A stretch of 64,000 nt of DNA, taken from contig JBAYKO010000001.1 of the NCBI GenBank assembly GCA_041664605.1, forward strand, positions 83,586-147,585, in the 5' to 3' direction. Made by a program: the position numbers and the translations under genes. This DNA comes from Minisyncoccota bacterium (lineage in GTDB: Bacteria > Patescibacteriota > Minisyncoccia > Phycocordibacterales > UBA9973). The notes under the pieces are model-generated. The model ran no database searches. It was not told where the DNA came from and saw only the letters and a program-made list of their open reading frames with translations. Positions 1-9,886 of the stretch are shown one piece after another. How positions within the stretch are numbered: the first letter of the stretch is position 1; each line of letters begins with the position of its first letter.

Positions 1-1041
1 CGCACTACTTTAAATGGAATAGCACAAGAATTTATTGATAGATCAATTGAAATTACAAAAAACGCAATAAAAAATTCCCCATTTAAAATGGAAGAAATTG
101 ATGAAATAATTTTAGTTGGAGGACAAACAAGAATGCCAGCTATTGTTGATGCAGTTAAAGAATTATTTGGAAAAGAACCAAATAGATCAATCAATCCAGA
201 CGAAGTGGTAGCACTCGGCGCTGCTGTTCAAGGTGGAGTTTTGAAAGGTGAAGTTAGAGATGTTTTACTTTTGGATGTTATTCCACTTTCTTTAGGCATC
301 GAAACTCTTGGGTCTGTTGCAACTAAATTAATTGAGAGAAATACAACCATTCCAGCCTCAAAATCTCAAGTTTTTTCAACCGCAGTAGATAATCAAACTT
401 CTGTTGAAATTCATATTGTGCAAGGAGAAAGGCCAATGGCAACTGACAATAAAAGTCTCGGCAGATTTATATTAGATGGAATTCCACCAGCACCACGCGG
501 AATGCCACAAGTGGAAGTTACTTTTGATGTTGATTCAAATGGAATTTTAAATGTTAAAGCTATGGATAAAGCTTCCGGCAAGGTTCAATCAATCCGCATT
601 GAAGCAAGTTCTGGTTTGACTGACGAAGATATAAAGAGAATGCAAAAAGATGCGGAAATAAATGCCGAAGAAGATAAAAAGAAAAAAGAAATTGCTGATG
701 TAAAAAATGGTGCTGAAGTTATGATTTATACTGCCGAAAAAGCGTTGAAAGACAATGCAGATAAAATAAGTGATGATATTACAAAGGGAGTTGAAGAAAA
801 AATTTCTAGTTTGAAAAATGTAAAAGACCTGCCTACCGGACAGGCAGGTGGAAGCGATTTAGAAGTTATAAAAAAAGCAACAGATGAACTTTCAATTGAA
901 ATGAGTAAAATTGGGGAAGAGATTATAAAACAACAAAAAGAAAATCCTGCACAAGCAAATCCTGCACAAGCAAATCCTGAACAAAAAACCGATGAGGGAA
1001 ATGTCCGTGATGCAGAAGTAGAAGAAGAAAAAAAAGAATAA
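1..1041 (+). CDS. dnaK: Chaperone DnaK (Hsp70), 3' part; gene starts before the window
   Basis: [38 protein letters not shown] and [17 protein letters not shown] motifs; frame is open from base 1. Confidence 0.98.
   Translation, partial: RTTLNGIAQEFIDRSIEITKNAIKNSPFKMEEIDEIILVGGQTRMPAIVDAVKELFGKEPNRSINPDEVVALGAAVQGGVLKGEVRDVLLLDVIPLSLGIETLGSVATKLIERNTTIPASKSQVFSTAVDNQTSVEIHIVQGERPMATDNKSLGRFILDGIPPAPRGMPQVEVTFDVDSNGILNVKAMDKASGKVQSIRIEASSGLTDEDIKRMQKDAEINAEEDKKKKEIADVKNGAEVMIYTAEKALKDNADKISDDITKGVEEKISSLKNVKDLPTGQAGGSDLEVIKKATDELSIEMSKIGEEIIKQQKENPAQANPAQANPEQKTDEGNVRDAEVEEEKKE
827..849. repeat. GC-rich palindrome inserted in frame in dnaK (LPTGQAG)
   Basis: ACCTGCCT-accggac-AGGCAGGT inverted repeat in an otherwise AT-rich gene. 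Confidence 0.75.
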
Positions 1042-1099
1042 TTTTTAAAAGGTGCGACCTTAAAAGTTTTACACCCAAGGTCGTTCCTTGGAAAAATTT
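1042..1099 (+). repeat. ~58 bp REPIN-like double-palindrome element, copy 1
   Basis: AAGGTGCGACCTT-aaaagttttacacc-CAAGGTCGTTCCTTG; near-identical at 3171-3228 and inverted at 24503-24560. Confidence 0.85.
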
Positions 1100-1104
1100 A
1101 AAAA

Positions 1105-1140
1105 TAAAAAACCCGCTCAACCGAGCGGATTTTTTAAAGA
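1105..1140. terminator. Bidirectional intrinsic terminator, repeated at 1592-1626 and 24153-24182
   Basis: A-run, CCGCTC-aacc-GAGCGG, T-run. Confidence 0.8.
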
Positions 1141-1151
1141 ACATAAAAAAC

Positions 1152-1529
1152 TTATTTTTTTGTTTTTGTTGTGTCAGACAAATCTAATGTTGGTGAAAGT
1201 TGGTCAACAGAATAAATGAAATAATATCCATCCATCCATATACACCATCCATTAAATACCACTGAATCAGTTTCTGCTTTATCAGAAAGTTGGTCATAAA
1301 TACTTTGGGGTATCCAAAGCACTGTAGAAACACTATTCTGAAATTTATCAGCAACAGTTCCATAGATTCCAACACCCAATTTTGTATCATAATCTTTTGG
1401 GTTTTTTACTCCATTAAAAGAACAACGATAATTTGACTTGCTACTGGCTTTTTCTTTTGTTGAACCACCAGTACAACCAAAAAATATTACAATAACAATA
1501 GCCATAATAAAAGCTAATAAATATTTCAT
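1152..1529 (-). CDS. Orphan cassette ORF, probable lipoprotein
   Basis: Start reassigned to MKYLLAF... downstream of the promoter (-35 at 1582-1587); hydrophobic leader ending FFGC (lipobox-like). Confidence 0.65.
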   Translation of the reverse strand: MKYLLAFIMAIVIVIFFGCTGGSTKEKASSKSNYRCSFNGVKNPKDYDTKLGVGIYGTVADKFQNSVSTVLWIPQSIYDQLSDKAETDSVVFNGWCIWMDGYYFIYSVDQLSPTLDLSDTTKTKK

Positions 1530-1642
1530 AAATATGTATTTAAAGAATTTCTGGGTAGAGTTTATCATATATAATAAGATATGTCAATAAGTAAAAATCC
1601 GCTCAACTGAGCGGATTTTTTAAAGAGCGAATGAACCAAAGA

Positions 1643-1894
1643 TTAAAGTTCGAAAGATTTTACACTGTCCATATAAAAGGCTTCGTCAGTATTAGTGTCA
1701 ACAAGGTCACGAAGCCCTTTTTCTCCAAGTGATATTCCAACATTATATTCTACTGCTATAAAATTATCAATTACTCTTTCTTTTGTTCCAACAGTAACTT
1801 TTTTTATAACTTTTCCAGAAGACATCGCCTCAAATAGAGGTTTTAAATCTTCTCTTAAATTCAAATCTTGCCAAGGTTTCCTGCGTATTCTCAT
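1643..1894 (-). CDS. Orphan cassette ORF, 83 aa (MRIRRKPW...)
   Basis: The listed TTG start is the -35 box (1946-1951); ATG at 1894 follows TTGACA-N17-TAGAAT-N6-AGAAA. Confidence 0.6.
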   Translation of the reverse strand: MRIRRKPWQDLNLREDLKPLFEAMSSGKVIKKVTVGTKERVIDNFIAVEYNVGISLGEKGLRDLVDTNTDEAFYMDSVKSFEL

Positions 1895-2090
1895 CCATTT
1901 GTTTTTTAAAGTTTCTGCGCACATTCTAGTATAATTAAATTTAAATGTCAACTCAGCGCACTAAATACCAAGTGTGTGAGTATGGTTTTAGATATTCCAA
2001 AAAACCTTTAAAAATGATATATTGATGTTTATGTTCAGTCCGACCAAAATCGGACTGCTCATAAATTATATTCATTTCATTCATTAATTT

Positions 2091-3167
2091 ATGGCAAAAG
2101 ACTACTACAAATTATTAGAAATAGAAAAAGGCGCTAATAAAGAAGAAATTAAAAAGGCTTTTCATAAGTTGGCTCACAAGTATCACCCTGATAAAAAGGG
2201 TGGAAATGAGGCCAAATTTAAGGAAATTAACGAGGCTTATCAAATCCTTTCAGATGACAAAAAACGTGCCGAATATGACAGATTTGGGACAACTGGAGGG
2301 GCTTCAGGCTTTCAAGGTGGTGGTTTTGGTGGCTTTCAAGGAGGTTTTGACCAAGGTGGTTTTCAGGACTTTGATTTTGGTAATTTAAACGACATTTTTT
2401 CAGAATTCTTTACTGGTGGAATGGGTAGAGGTAGGGCACAAGAAAGACGAGGTAGGGATATTTCTACCGAACTTAATATTTCTTTCTATGATTCAATTTT
2501 TGGAATAGAGAGAAATATTTTATTAACTAAGGTTTCAAAATGTGAGACTTGCAAAGGAAGTGGAGCTAAAACAGGTACTGATTTAAAAAAATGTTCTACT
2601 TGCAACGGACAAGGAAAAATTCACGAGACAAAAAGATCTTTTCTTGGTTCTTTTTCAACTGTAAAAATTTGTGAAGAGTGTGGAGGTACAGGCACAGTAC
2701 CAGTTGAAAAATGTTCTGATTGTAAAGGCAGTGGAATTGTAAAAAAACAAGAAGATATAAAAATCACAATTCCGGCTGGAATGAGAGATGGAGAAATGAT
2801 TAGAATTACTGGTGAAGGTGAAGCTATTTCAAAAGGTGCATCTGGTGATCTTTATATAAAAATAAATGTTGCGCCACATCCAACTTTCAAAAGAGAAGGG
2901 TCAAATTTGATAATGGATTTAAATTTAAAATTATCTGACGCTTTACTTGGAACAGAATATAAAATAAATACTTTGGACGGCGATATAAAAGTAAGAATCC
3001 CTGAAGGAGTTGGAATTGGAGAAGTTTTGAGAGTTAAAGAAAAAGGAGTGCCTGTTTCAAAAAACAAAAGAGGGGATTTGTTTATTAGGCTTCATATAAA
3101 AATACCAAATAAACTTTCTAAAAAAGCAAAAGAATTAGTTGAAAAAATGAAAGAAGAAGGCATCTAG
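2091..3167 (+). CDS. dnaJ: Chaperone DnaJ
   Basis: J domain with HPD, G/F-rich region, four CxxCxGxG repeats. Confidence 0.98.
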   Translation: MAKDYYKLLEIEKGANKEEIKKAFHKLAHKYHPDKKGGNEAKFKEINEAYQILSDDKKRAEYDRFGTTGGASGFQGGGFGGFQGGFDQGGFQDFDFGNLNDIFSEFFTGGMGRGRAQERRGRDISTELNISFYDSIFGIERNILLTKVSKCETCKGSGAKTGTDLKKCSTCNGQGKIHETKRSFLGSFSTVKICEECGGTGTVPVEKCSDCKGSGIVKKQEDIKITIPAGMRDGEMIRITGEGEAISKGASGDLYIKINVAPHPTFKREGSNLIMDLNLKLSDALLGTEYKINTLDGDIKVRIPEGVGIGEVLRVKEKGVPVSKNKRGDLFIRLHIKIPNKLSKKAKELVEKMKEEGI

Positions 3168-3170
3168 GAA

Positions 3171-3228
3171 TTTTTAAAAGGTGCGACCTTAAAAGTTTTA
3201 CACCCAAGGTCGTTCCTTAGAAAAATTT
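3171..3228 (+). repeat. ~58 bp REPIN-like element, copy 2
   Basis: Near-identical to 1042-1099; directly after the dnaJ stop. Confidence 0.85.
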
Positions 3229-3268
3229 CTTTAAAATTATCAAATTTGTTAAAATATGGACATGTGAA

Positions 3269-3399
3269 TCCTGTAGTAGATTTTCAAATTATTACAGGGT
3301 AATGATGAGATTTTAGGAACAATAAGTCGTAAAAAATATTAATCATAATTTAAAGTTTTAAATTCGTTTTTTAAAACAATTTGAAAATTCACTACGGGA
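3269..3399 (+). mobile_element. Start-codon-targeted TIR mini-element (CCCGTAGT type) at tyrS
   Basis: 22-bp imperfect TIR TCCTGTAGTAGATTTTCAAATT / AATTTGAAAATTCACTACGGGA; TGAA direct repeat at 3265-3268 and 3400-3403; terminal A forms the tyrS ATG. Confidence 0.75.
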
Positions 3400-4649
3400 T
3401 GAAATTATTATCAGAAGAATTGCAAAAAAGAGGTTTTATTTATCAGTTTTCAGAGGAAAAATTAGAAGATATAACAGATAAAGAAAAAAGAACTCTGTAT
3501 GTGGGTATTGATCCTACTGCTGATTCTCTGCACGTTGGTCATCTTGTTGCACTTTTAATGTTGCGACATTTTCAAAGCTACGGACATAAAATTATTATTA
3601 TTGTTGGTGGTGCAACTGGAATGATTGGTGACCCATCAGGGAAAAGCAAAGAAAGAAATTTACTTGATAATAAAACTCTTAAGAAAAATGTAAAAGGAAT
3701 AAAAGCTCAAGTAAAGAGTATTCTTGGAAATTCAAATTTTACAATTACAAATAACAATGATTGGTTTAAAAAGATCAAGGTTTTAGATTTTCTTCGAGAT
3801 ACAGGAAAACACTTTACAATCAACGCTTTAATTAAGAGAGATTCTATTGAAAAAAGAATGACAGGGGATGAGGGGATTTCTTATACAGAATTTAGTTATG
3901 TGCTTTTGCAATCTTACGACTTCTTACATTTATTTAAAAAATATGGGTGCAATCTTCAGATTGGTGGATCTGATCAATGGGGGAATATTGTTTCGGGGAT
4001 AGATTTAATTAGAAAAGTTGAAGATAAAAAGGTTTATGGAATAACTTGTCCTTTAATAATTAATGAAGCCACGGGGGAGAAATTTGGAAAATCAGAAGGT
4101 GGAAATGTTTGGTTGTCGGCTGAGAGAACTTCGTCTTTTGCTTTCTTTCAATTCTGGCTAAACGTTGATGACAAGAGCGCAGTAAAATATCTAAAAATTT
4201 ATAGTCCGCTTTCTATCGAAAAAATAAATGGCATAGAAAATGATTTTATAAAAAATCCTGAAAATAGATTAGCTCAGAAATCTTTGGCTTATGAAATGAC
4301 TAAGCTTATTCATGGAGAACAATCAGCAATTGCTTCAAAAAAAGTCTCAGAAATATTATTTGAAAACAAGGAAATAGAAAATTTATCTCAAGAAGAAAAG
4401 AAACTTTTGACTTCTGAAATCAAAAGCGTTTCAGCTAAAATTGGAGATGGAATTAAAATTGCTGACGCTTTAGTTATGGCAGAACTTACTCAATCAAAAG
4501 GGGAAGCAGGGAGACTCTTGAAAGAAGGCGGAGTTTCTGTAAATAATGAAAAAGTAGACGAAGAATACATTATAACTTCCAAAGATTCAAAAAACGGAAT
4601 AATTTTGATAAAAAAAGGAAAGAAAAACTTTGCCTGTCTTTTGGTGTAA
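3399..4649 (+). CDS. tyrS: Tyrosine--tRNA ligase
   Basis: YVGIDPTADSLHVGH, QIGGSDQWGNI, KFGKS, C-terminal S4 domain; start moved to MKLLSEEL. Confidence 0.97.
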   Translation: MKLLSEELQKRGFIYQFSEEKLEDITDKEKRTLYVGIDPTADSLHVGHLVALLMLRHFQSYGHKIIIIVGGATGMIGDPSGKSKERNLLDNKTLKKNVKGIKAQVKSILGNSNFTITNNNDWFKKIKVLDFLRDTGKHFTINALIKRDSIEKRMTGDEGISYTEFSYVLLQSYDFLHLFKKYGCNLQIGGSDQWGNIVSGIDLIRKVEDKKVYGITCPLIINEATGEKFGKSEGGNVWLSAERTSSFAFFQFWLNVDDKSAVKYLKIYSPLSIEKINGIENDFIKNPENRLAQKSLAYEMTKLIHGEQSAIASKKVSEILFENKEIENLSQEEKKLLTSEIKSVSAKIGDGIKIADALVMAELTQSKGEAGRLLKEGGVSVNNEKVDEEYIITSKDSKNGIILIKKGKKNFACLLV

Positions 4650-4654
4650 ATTAA

Positions 4655-4704
4655 ATTAATAACATCCTTACTCCGACCATGGTCGGAGTAAGGATGTTAT
4701 TAAT
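4655..4704. repeat. Perfect 50-bp palindrome after tyrS (terminator/REP-like)
   Basis: ATTAATAACATCCTTACTCCGACCA|TGGTCGGAGTAAGGATGTTATTAAT. Confidence 0.9.
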
Positions 4705-4770
4705 GTTGACAAAATATTAAATTATTGATATATTGGAAATTAGAAAAAAGTTTTTTTTAATATAGATTTT

Positions 4771-5103
4771 ATGGCAGAACTTAATTTACAGTTACCGAGA
4801 TGGTTTTACGATAAATGGATTTTGTTAAACAATAAAGATCCCTTGATCAAAGAATTAATAAATTTTGCTCTTATTTTTGAGCAAGATATGGTAATTAAAA
4901 CACAGAATCAAAAACCACTGGAAGCTTCAGAAAAATTGGAAATCGGTTTTTTGGAAAAATTGCGCAAATCTTATGTAGAATGGAAAGATTCTGCCTATGA
5001 AGTTTTTTTAGGACCAGATTCTTCAGAAATAGAGAAAGTAATTAAAAAATTTCGTGAACACTATAAAGAGTATGTTCTTTTTTTAGAAGCTGGTTCTCTT
5101 TGA
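4771..5103 (+). CDS. Orphan cassette ORF, 110 aa
   Basis: Promoter TTGACA(4706)-N17-TATATT-N7-AGAAA; terminator 5105-5134; paralogous to the next cassette. Confidence 0.7.
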   Translation: MAELNLQLPRWFYDKWILLNNKDPLIKELINFALIFEQDMVIKTQNQKPLEASEKLEIGFLEKLRKSYVEWKDSAYEVFLGPDSSEIEKVIKKFREHYKEYVLFLEAGSL

Positions 5104-5232
5104 TTTTAAAAAACCCCGCAATTGCGGGGTTTTTTATTTTGTTTAGGTCTTATGTTTATTATTTAATGTGTTTAATTGACAAAACAAAGAGGTCTGATAA
5201 TCTTAAATTAGAAAAGTTTTTAAAAAATTATT

Positions 5233-5551
5233 ATGAGTCAAATGAAGTTACCAGCTTTTTTGTCAATACAATTGTTGTCAAATTTGGATACATTTGCAAT
5301 ACATCTAAAAAATGTTGCAACTCAAATAGAAGAGGACAAACTTCTAAAAACTCCAAAACAAAAACCCCATGGAGGCAACTAGAAACAACACTATGGGAAT
5401 GGTATTGTGTACCGCCATTAAGACTGAATGGTATGTGGCAGGAAAAATATTAGTTGAACTAAAAAACAACGATTTAAAACAAGCTAACAGACTGATAAAA
5501 AAATTTAGGAGTTATTATAAAGATTACCTTTCATTTTTGGAATCAGAATAA
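5233..5551 (+). pseudogene. Frameshifted tandem paralogue of 4771-5103
   Basis: MSQMKLP...LKTPKQKP then +1 shift at CCCC 5365-5368 into MEAT...IKKFRSYYKDYLSFLESE; own promoter (5176) and terminator (5566-5592). Confidence 0.7.
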
Positions 5552-5591
5552 TCTTTTTGTTCTTCTTAAAATCCCCGCAATCGCGGGGTTT

Positions 5592-6920
5592 TTAAATTTT
5601 AGTAATTCTAGGTCCAGATGGAGTATCTTCTATATTGTAACCAGCAGTAGCACTAATTTGGCGAAATCTATCAGCTTCTTCCCAGTTTTTTTCTTTACGA
5701 ACTATTTCTCTTGCTTCTACTAATTTTAAAATATCTTCTGGAATTTCTAAAGTTTCTTTTTCCAACAATTTAAAACCAAAAATTTGATCAATTATTTCGA
5801 TTGTTTTATATTTTCCCTCAGCATTCTCATCTCGTAAAAGTTCCCATAGTGAAGCCAATGCTTTGGGGGTGTTTAAATCTGAATTCATAGCTTCTTTAAA
5901 TTTGTCTAAATATTTTTCATTTATTTTTCCATCATTTTTTAAATCTTTAGAAATATTTTTTAGTCTGTTGTAGGAGTTTTGAGCATCGTCTAATGAATTT
6001 TTTGAAAAATCTGTTGGTTTCCTGTAGTGTGCCGATGTAACAAAATATCTTATAATTTCACCAGAATAACTTAGAAGTATGTCTCTTATTGTTTTAAAGT
6101 TTCCAAGGCTTTTACTCATTTTTATTCCATCGACATTTACCATTCCATTGTGAATCCAGAAATTTGCCATTTTTGCACCCCAAGCAGATTCACTTTGGGC
6201 AATCTCATCTTCATGGTGGGGAAAGATCAAATCTTGTCCACCTCCGTGAATGTCAAAAGGAATTCCCAGAATACTTTCAGACATAGCAGAACATTCTATA
6301 TGCCAACCTGGTCTACCTTTGCCAAATGGGGTATCCCATTCTGGTTCATTTGGTTTTGAAAATTTCCAAAGTACAAAATCTTCCTTATTCTTTTTTTCTC
6401 TATTTTCTAGAACCCGCGCACCAGATTTTAAATTTTCAATTTTTTGGTGGGACAGTTTTCCATATTCTTTGTATTTTGAAATATCAAAGTAAATTCCATC
6501 GTCTTTTATTGTATAAGCGTATTCTTTTTCAATAAGTAAAGTTACAAGATTTATCATTTGTTTGATATATTCTGTAGCTTTTGGTTCTACATCAGGTTTT
6601 TCTACTCCAATTTTCTCATAATCTTCAATATGAGCTTTTGTATTTTTTTCTGTTAAATCTTTTGTAGTCTCATGTAATTCGCGTGCTTTATCAATTATTT
6701 TGTCGTCAATATCAGTAATATTTGAAGCAAACATTACATCATAGCCTAGAAATCTTAAATATTTTCTTAAAATATCAAAAGTAATTTTCTGTCTTGCATG
6801 GCCTAAGTGGGGGACATCGTTTACTGTTGGTCCACAAACATACATTCTAACAGCACCTTCTTTTATGGGTTTAAATTCTTCTTCTTTTTTTGTGAGAGTG
6901 TTATAGAGTTTTAGAGACAT
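5592..6920 (-). CDS. cysS: Cysteine--tRNA ligase
   Basis: MYVCGPTV..PHLGHAR, GRPGWHIECSAM, DIHGGGQDLIFPHHEDEIAQ, KMSKS. Confidence 0.98.
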   Translation of the reverse strand: MSLKLYNTLTKKEEEFKPIKEGAVRMYVCGPTVNDVPHLGHARQKITFDILRKYLRFLGYDVMFASNITDIDDKIIDKARELHETTKDLTEKNTKAHIEDYEKIGVEKPDVEPKATEYIKQMINLVTLLIEKEYAYTIKDDGIYFDISKYKEYGKLSHQKIENLKSGARVLENREKKNKEDFVLWKFSKPNEPEWDTPFGKGRPGWHIECSAMSESILGIPFDIHGGGQDLIFPHHEDEIAQSESAWGAKMANFWIHNGMVNVDGIKMSKSLGNFKTIRDILLSYSGEIIRYFVTSAHYRKPTDFSKNSLDDAQNSYNRLKNISKDLKNDGKINEKYLDKFKEAMNSDLNTPKALASLWELLRDENAEGKYKTIEIIDQIFGFKLLEKETLEIPEDILKLVEAREIVRKEKNWEEADRFRQISATAGYNIEDTPSGPRITKI

Positions 6921-6937
6921 TTCAGTAAAAACTTATT

Positions 6938-7849
6938 TTATCTTAACCATTTTTTACTTTTGAAAATAAGCATTATTATCAGCACAGAAATTATCATTAT
7001 TGCTAGAATAATTTCAAAAGCATTCGGGTTTTGGGTAAAAGGTACACTAACATCCATTCCAAACACAAGAGGAATCAGAGAAATTGTAATTGGAATAAAG
7101 GTCAACATTGTAAGAGTTCTAATTATTCTGTTAGTCTTACTTGTTAGAAGGGAGTCGTTTGTGTCACGAAGATCATTTAGAATTTCTTTATGACTTTCTA
7201 CTGCGTTGTGAACTTTATTAAATTCTCCAATCATTATTACTAAATAATAAGAAAATTCTTCTCCAAAAAACCTCTTAGCGGTAGCCTCAAAAGATTTTAA
7301 TATTTCGAAGTGGAATCGTATAGCTTGTTTAAAATCAAGAAGTTTTCTATTTACATTAGAAATAGCTTGAACCATTTCTCTTTCTTTTTCTTCAAAAATT
7401 TTAACTTCTATTTCTCTTAATGAATTATTTATATCATCTAATTTATAAGACAAATGCCTGTAAAGATCTTTTATAATATGGAAAAATAAAAATCCAGCAT
7501 GACTTCCTATATTATCTTTATTTAACATAGAATTAATTTCGAATTTCTTTTCAAATTCATGTAGTGTATTTACAAATTCATAATGAACTGTAATTAAAAA
7601 ATCTTTTCCTATTATAAAATCAATTTCTTGATCACCCGAATCTTCTTTTGTGTGAGAGCAAGGAAAATGGAGAATGAGATAGATAAGATTATCATAAAGA
7701 TCAACCTTTGATCTTATTGTTTTATTTATAACTTCTTCTTCAATAATTTGTGGAATTTTAAACTCTCTGGATATTTCATCAATCTCGTCTTTTGTAGGAG
7801 ATTCAATATCTATCCATACCAACTTCTTGTACTTGTGTCTTGAAATCAT
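6938..7849 (-). CDS. corA: CorA-family Mg2+ transporter
   Basis: WIDI near the N-terminus, two C-terminal TM helices, FGMD in place of the GMN motif. Confidence 0.85.
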   Translation of the reverse strand: MISRHKYKKLVWIDIESPTKDEIDEISREFKIPQIIEEEVINKTIRSKVDLYDNLIYLILHFPCSHTKEDSGDQEIDFIIGKDFLITVHYEFVNTLHEFEKKFEINSMLNKDNIGSHAGFLFFHIIKDLYRHLSYKLDDINNSLREIEVKIFEEKEREMVQAISNVNRKLLDFKQAIRFHFEILKSFEATAKRFFGEEFSYYLVIMIGEFNKVHNAVESHKEILNDLRDTNDSLLTSKTNRIIRTLTMLTFIPITISLIPLVFGMDVSVPFTQNPNAFEIILAIMIISVLIIMLIFKSKKWLR

Positions 7850-8028
7850 AAAAATTAGTTTCTAGTAACTAGTGTCTCCCACCTTTGGACGGGACAGGTA
7901 GTTTCTAGGGTTTTTTATTTGTAATATTATCCTTAATTATATCTTATTTTATTAGCTCAACCAAGGTAAAAAGTCTCTAATAAAGGGGGTATTGCATTTT
8001 TTGTAGTTTTCTGTAATATATAATCATT

Positions 8029-8346
8029 ATGGAATTTGCAGTTATAGAAACAGGTGGAAAACAATATAAAGTCTCCGTTGGGGATATTTTAAAAGTTGAG
8101 AAATTAACTGGTGATTTTAAGGTGGGTGACAAGGTTACTTTTGATAAGGTTTTGCTTACAAGTAATGGAAAGGATATAGAAGTTGGTGCTCCTTACTTAG
8201 AGAAAGTAAAAGTGGAAGCTATTTTTCAAAAAGAAGGAAGAGGTCAAAAGGTTTTAGTTGTAAAATACAAAGCAAAAAGCCGATATCTAAAAAGAAATGG
8301 TCACAGACAGACTTTTAATGAAGTAAAAATTTCATCAATAAAATAA
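8029..8346 (+). CDS. rplU: 50S ribosomal protein L21
   Basis: AVIETGGKQYKV...GHRQ. Confidence 0.97.
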   Translation: MEFAVIETGGKQYKVSVGDILKVEKLTGDFKVGDKVTFDKVLLTSNGKDIEVGAPYLEKVKVEAIFQKEGRGQKVLVVKYKAKSRYLKRNGHRQTFNEVKISSIK

Positions 8347-8437
8347 AAAACCACTCCAAAAGAGTGGTTTTTTATTACCTTGACACGCAAGTAATGTTTA
8401 TGTTAGTCTTAGGTTAGAAATTGATAAAATAAGTACC

Positions 8438-8938
8438 ATGAAAAAAGTTTGGAAATTCAGTAAATTTATAATTTTTATTATTGTTTTTGGTGGGAGTGTA
8501 GTCGGATGTTACTTTTGGGATTACCCATATTTTTCTTCGAAAAGAATAGAAAAGATCAATATCTCTTCTTTTAAAGGAAGAGTAGTAAAAGCAGACTCTA
8601 TCTCACCTGGAACCTTTAAATTGGATGTTCCATTCGAATCATCATTGAAATGGAAAGAAAATGCAATTCTCTCTTATGGGGCAAATGGTTTTAATGATGG
8701 ATCGATTCAGGTTTGGAAACCAGACCCCTTAACTTCTGGGGTGTTTTTATACTCATACTATTCATATGAGGCGCCGTGGAATTATACAGTTGATAAAATT
8801 TGTTATAATTCTGGTTCAAATAGTCGTGAGATTGTTTTTAAAATGGGTCCAAAATTATTCTGGATTACATTAATCATTTTTGGCCAAATATGTCTTATTG
8901 TAATAGTCTGCGGTATAACCGCGGCAATCCTTTGGTAA
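8438..8938 (+). CDS. Orphan cassette ORF, membrane protein with N- and C-terminal TM segments
   Basis: Promoter TTGACA(8380)-N18-TAGTCT-N6-AGAAA; terminator ~8954-8978. Confidence 0.7.
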   Translation: MKKVWKFSKFIIFIIVFGGSVVGCYFWDYPYFSSKRIEKINISSFKGRVVKADSISPGTFKLDVPFESSLKWKENAILSYGANGFNDGSIQVWKPDPLTSGVFLYSYYSYEAPWNYTVDKICYNSGSNSREIVFKMGPKLFWITLIIFGQICLIVIVCGITAAILW

Positions 8939-9046
8939 TAAAAATATGATTTCAAAAACCCCGCAATTGTGGGGTTTTGTTTTGTATTGACAGAATGTAA
9001 TTTCTTGTGCTAATCTTTAGTCAGAAATATTTTAAATGTTATTTAG

Positions 9047-9274
9047 ATGGATTCATTTTTGAAAATATTAAACAGTATTATATTTTATTTATTTGGGTTT
9101 GTTTCAGGAATGTTATTTATTGGTATTATGGTTGTTCTTTTAAAAGAAGACATCCCGCCAAAGGTTATTTTTGAAAATAAAGATTTTATTATTTTTGAAT
9201 ATCAAGGTGGATATATAAATCCAATTGAGAAAAATTACAGGGAATCATTCCAAAAAATCACCCCTCAGGGGTGA
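9047..9274 (+). CDS. Orphan cassette ORF, small membrane protein
   Basis: Promoter TTGACA(8987)-N18-TAATCT-N6-AGAAA; stop lies inside the terminator hairpin. Confidence 0.6.
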   Translation: MDSFLKILNSIIFYLFGFVSGMLFIGIMVVLLKEDIPPKVIFENKDFIIFEYQGGYINPIEKNYRESFQKITPQG

Positions 9275-9341
9275 TTTTTTATTGACAGTTTTTTAAAGCA
9301 TTTTTGAAATAATTTTTATTAAAATATGCTATACTCAAATT

Positions 9342-9842
9342 ATGCTATCGCGGAATTTGAGTATAGAAGACAAAATTTTAAAACTTTTATTTGAGCCAAA
9401 ATATCGATATAAGGGTATGTTTGTCAGTACACTCGGTTTACCAGCCGTTTTTAAAAACAAAAAACAATCTATTACTAATGCTATTTATCGACTAAAGAAA
9501 GAAAATTATATCTTAAAAGAAGATAAGTGTATTCGAATACTTCCTAGGGGGGTAAAATATATTGAGAATAAAAAAAGCCGGCTTTTAATTTTTAATTCAT
9601 TGTATAAAAAAGGAGCACCCAAGAACCTATTAATTATGTTTGATATTCCAGAGATCAAAAAAGCCGAAAGGGAATGGTTTCGTTTTCACTTACGGAAGTT
9701 CGATTATTATATGATTCAAAAAAGCGTTTGGATTGGTCCTTCACCTTTACCGAAAGATTTTTTAGATTATTTAAAAGAAATTAAACTTGAAGAATGTATA
9801 AAAACATTCAAACTAGCCAAATCATTTAATACTCAAACTTAG
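9342..9842 (+). CDS. PaaX-like regulator (wHTH plus Cas2-like ferredoxin-fold domain)
   Basis: MFDIPE..R.WFR..L..F.Y.MIQKSVW motif; stand-alone, no cas1 or array nearby. Confidence 0.7.
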   Translation: MLSRNLSIEDKILKLLFEPKYRYKGMFVSTLGLPAVFKNKKQSITNAIYRLKKENYILKEDKCIRILPRGVKYIENKKSRLLIFNSLYKKGAPKNLLIMFDIPEIKKAEREWFRFHLRKFDYYMIQKSVWIGPSPLPKDFLDYLKEIKLEECIKTFKLAKSFNTQT

Positions 9843-9886
9843 CTACCGCAAAGTTTGAGTATTAAAATTAATAATGATTAATTTCA

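Noticed and set aside
943-979. 15-bp tandem repeat (NPAQA) in the DnaK tail; also GNGNGNG in the DedA tail
   Set aside because: Ordinary slippage repeats in disordered C-termini.
5100-5453. 117-aa ORF in the track
   Set aside because: It runs through a terminator and a promoter; the region is better explained by the frameshifted paralogue at 5233-5551.
9342-9866. Cas2-like motif suggesting a CRISPR locus
   Set aside because: No cas1 or other cas genes and no repeat-spacer array in the window; the protein fits the stand-alone PaaX-like family.
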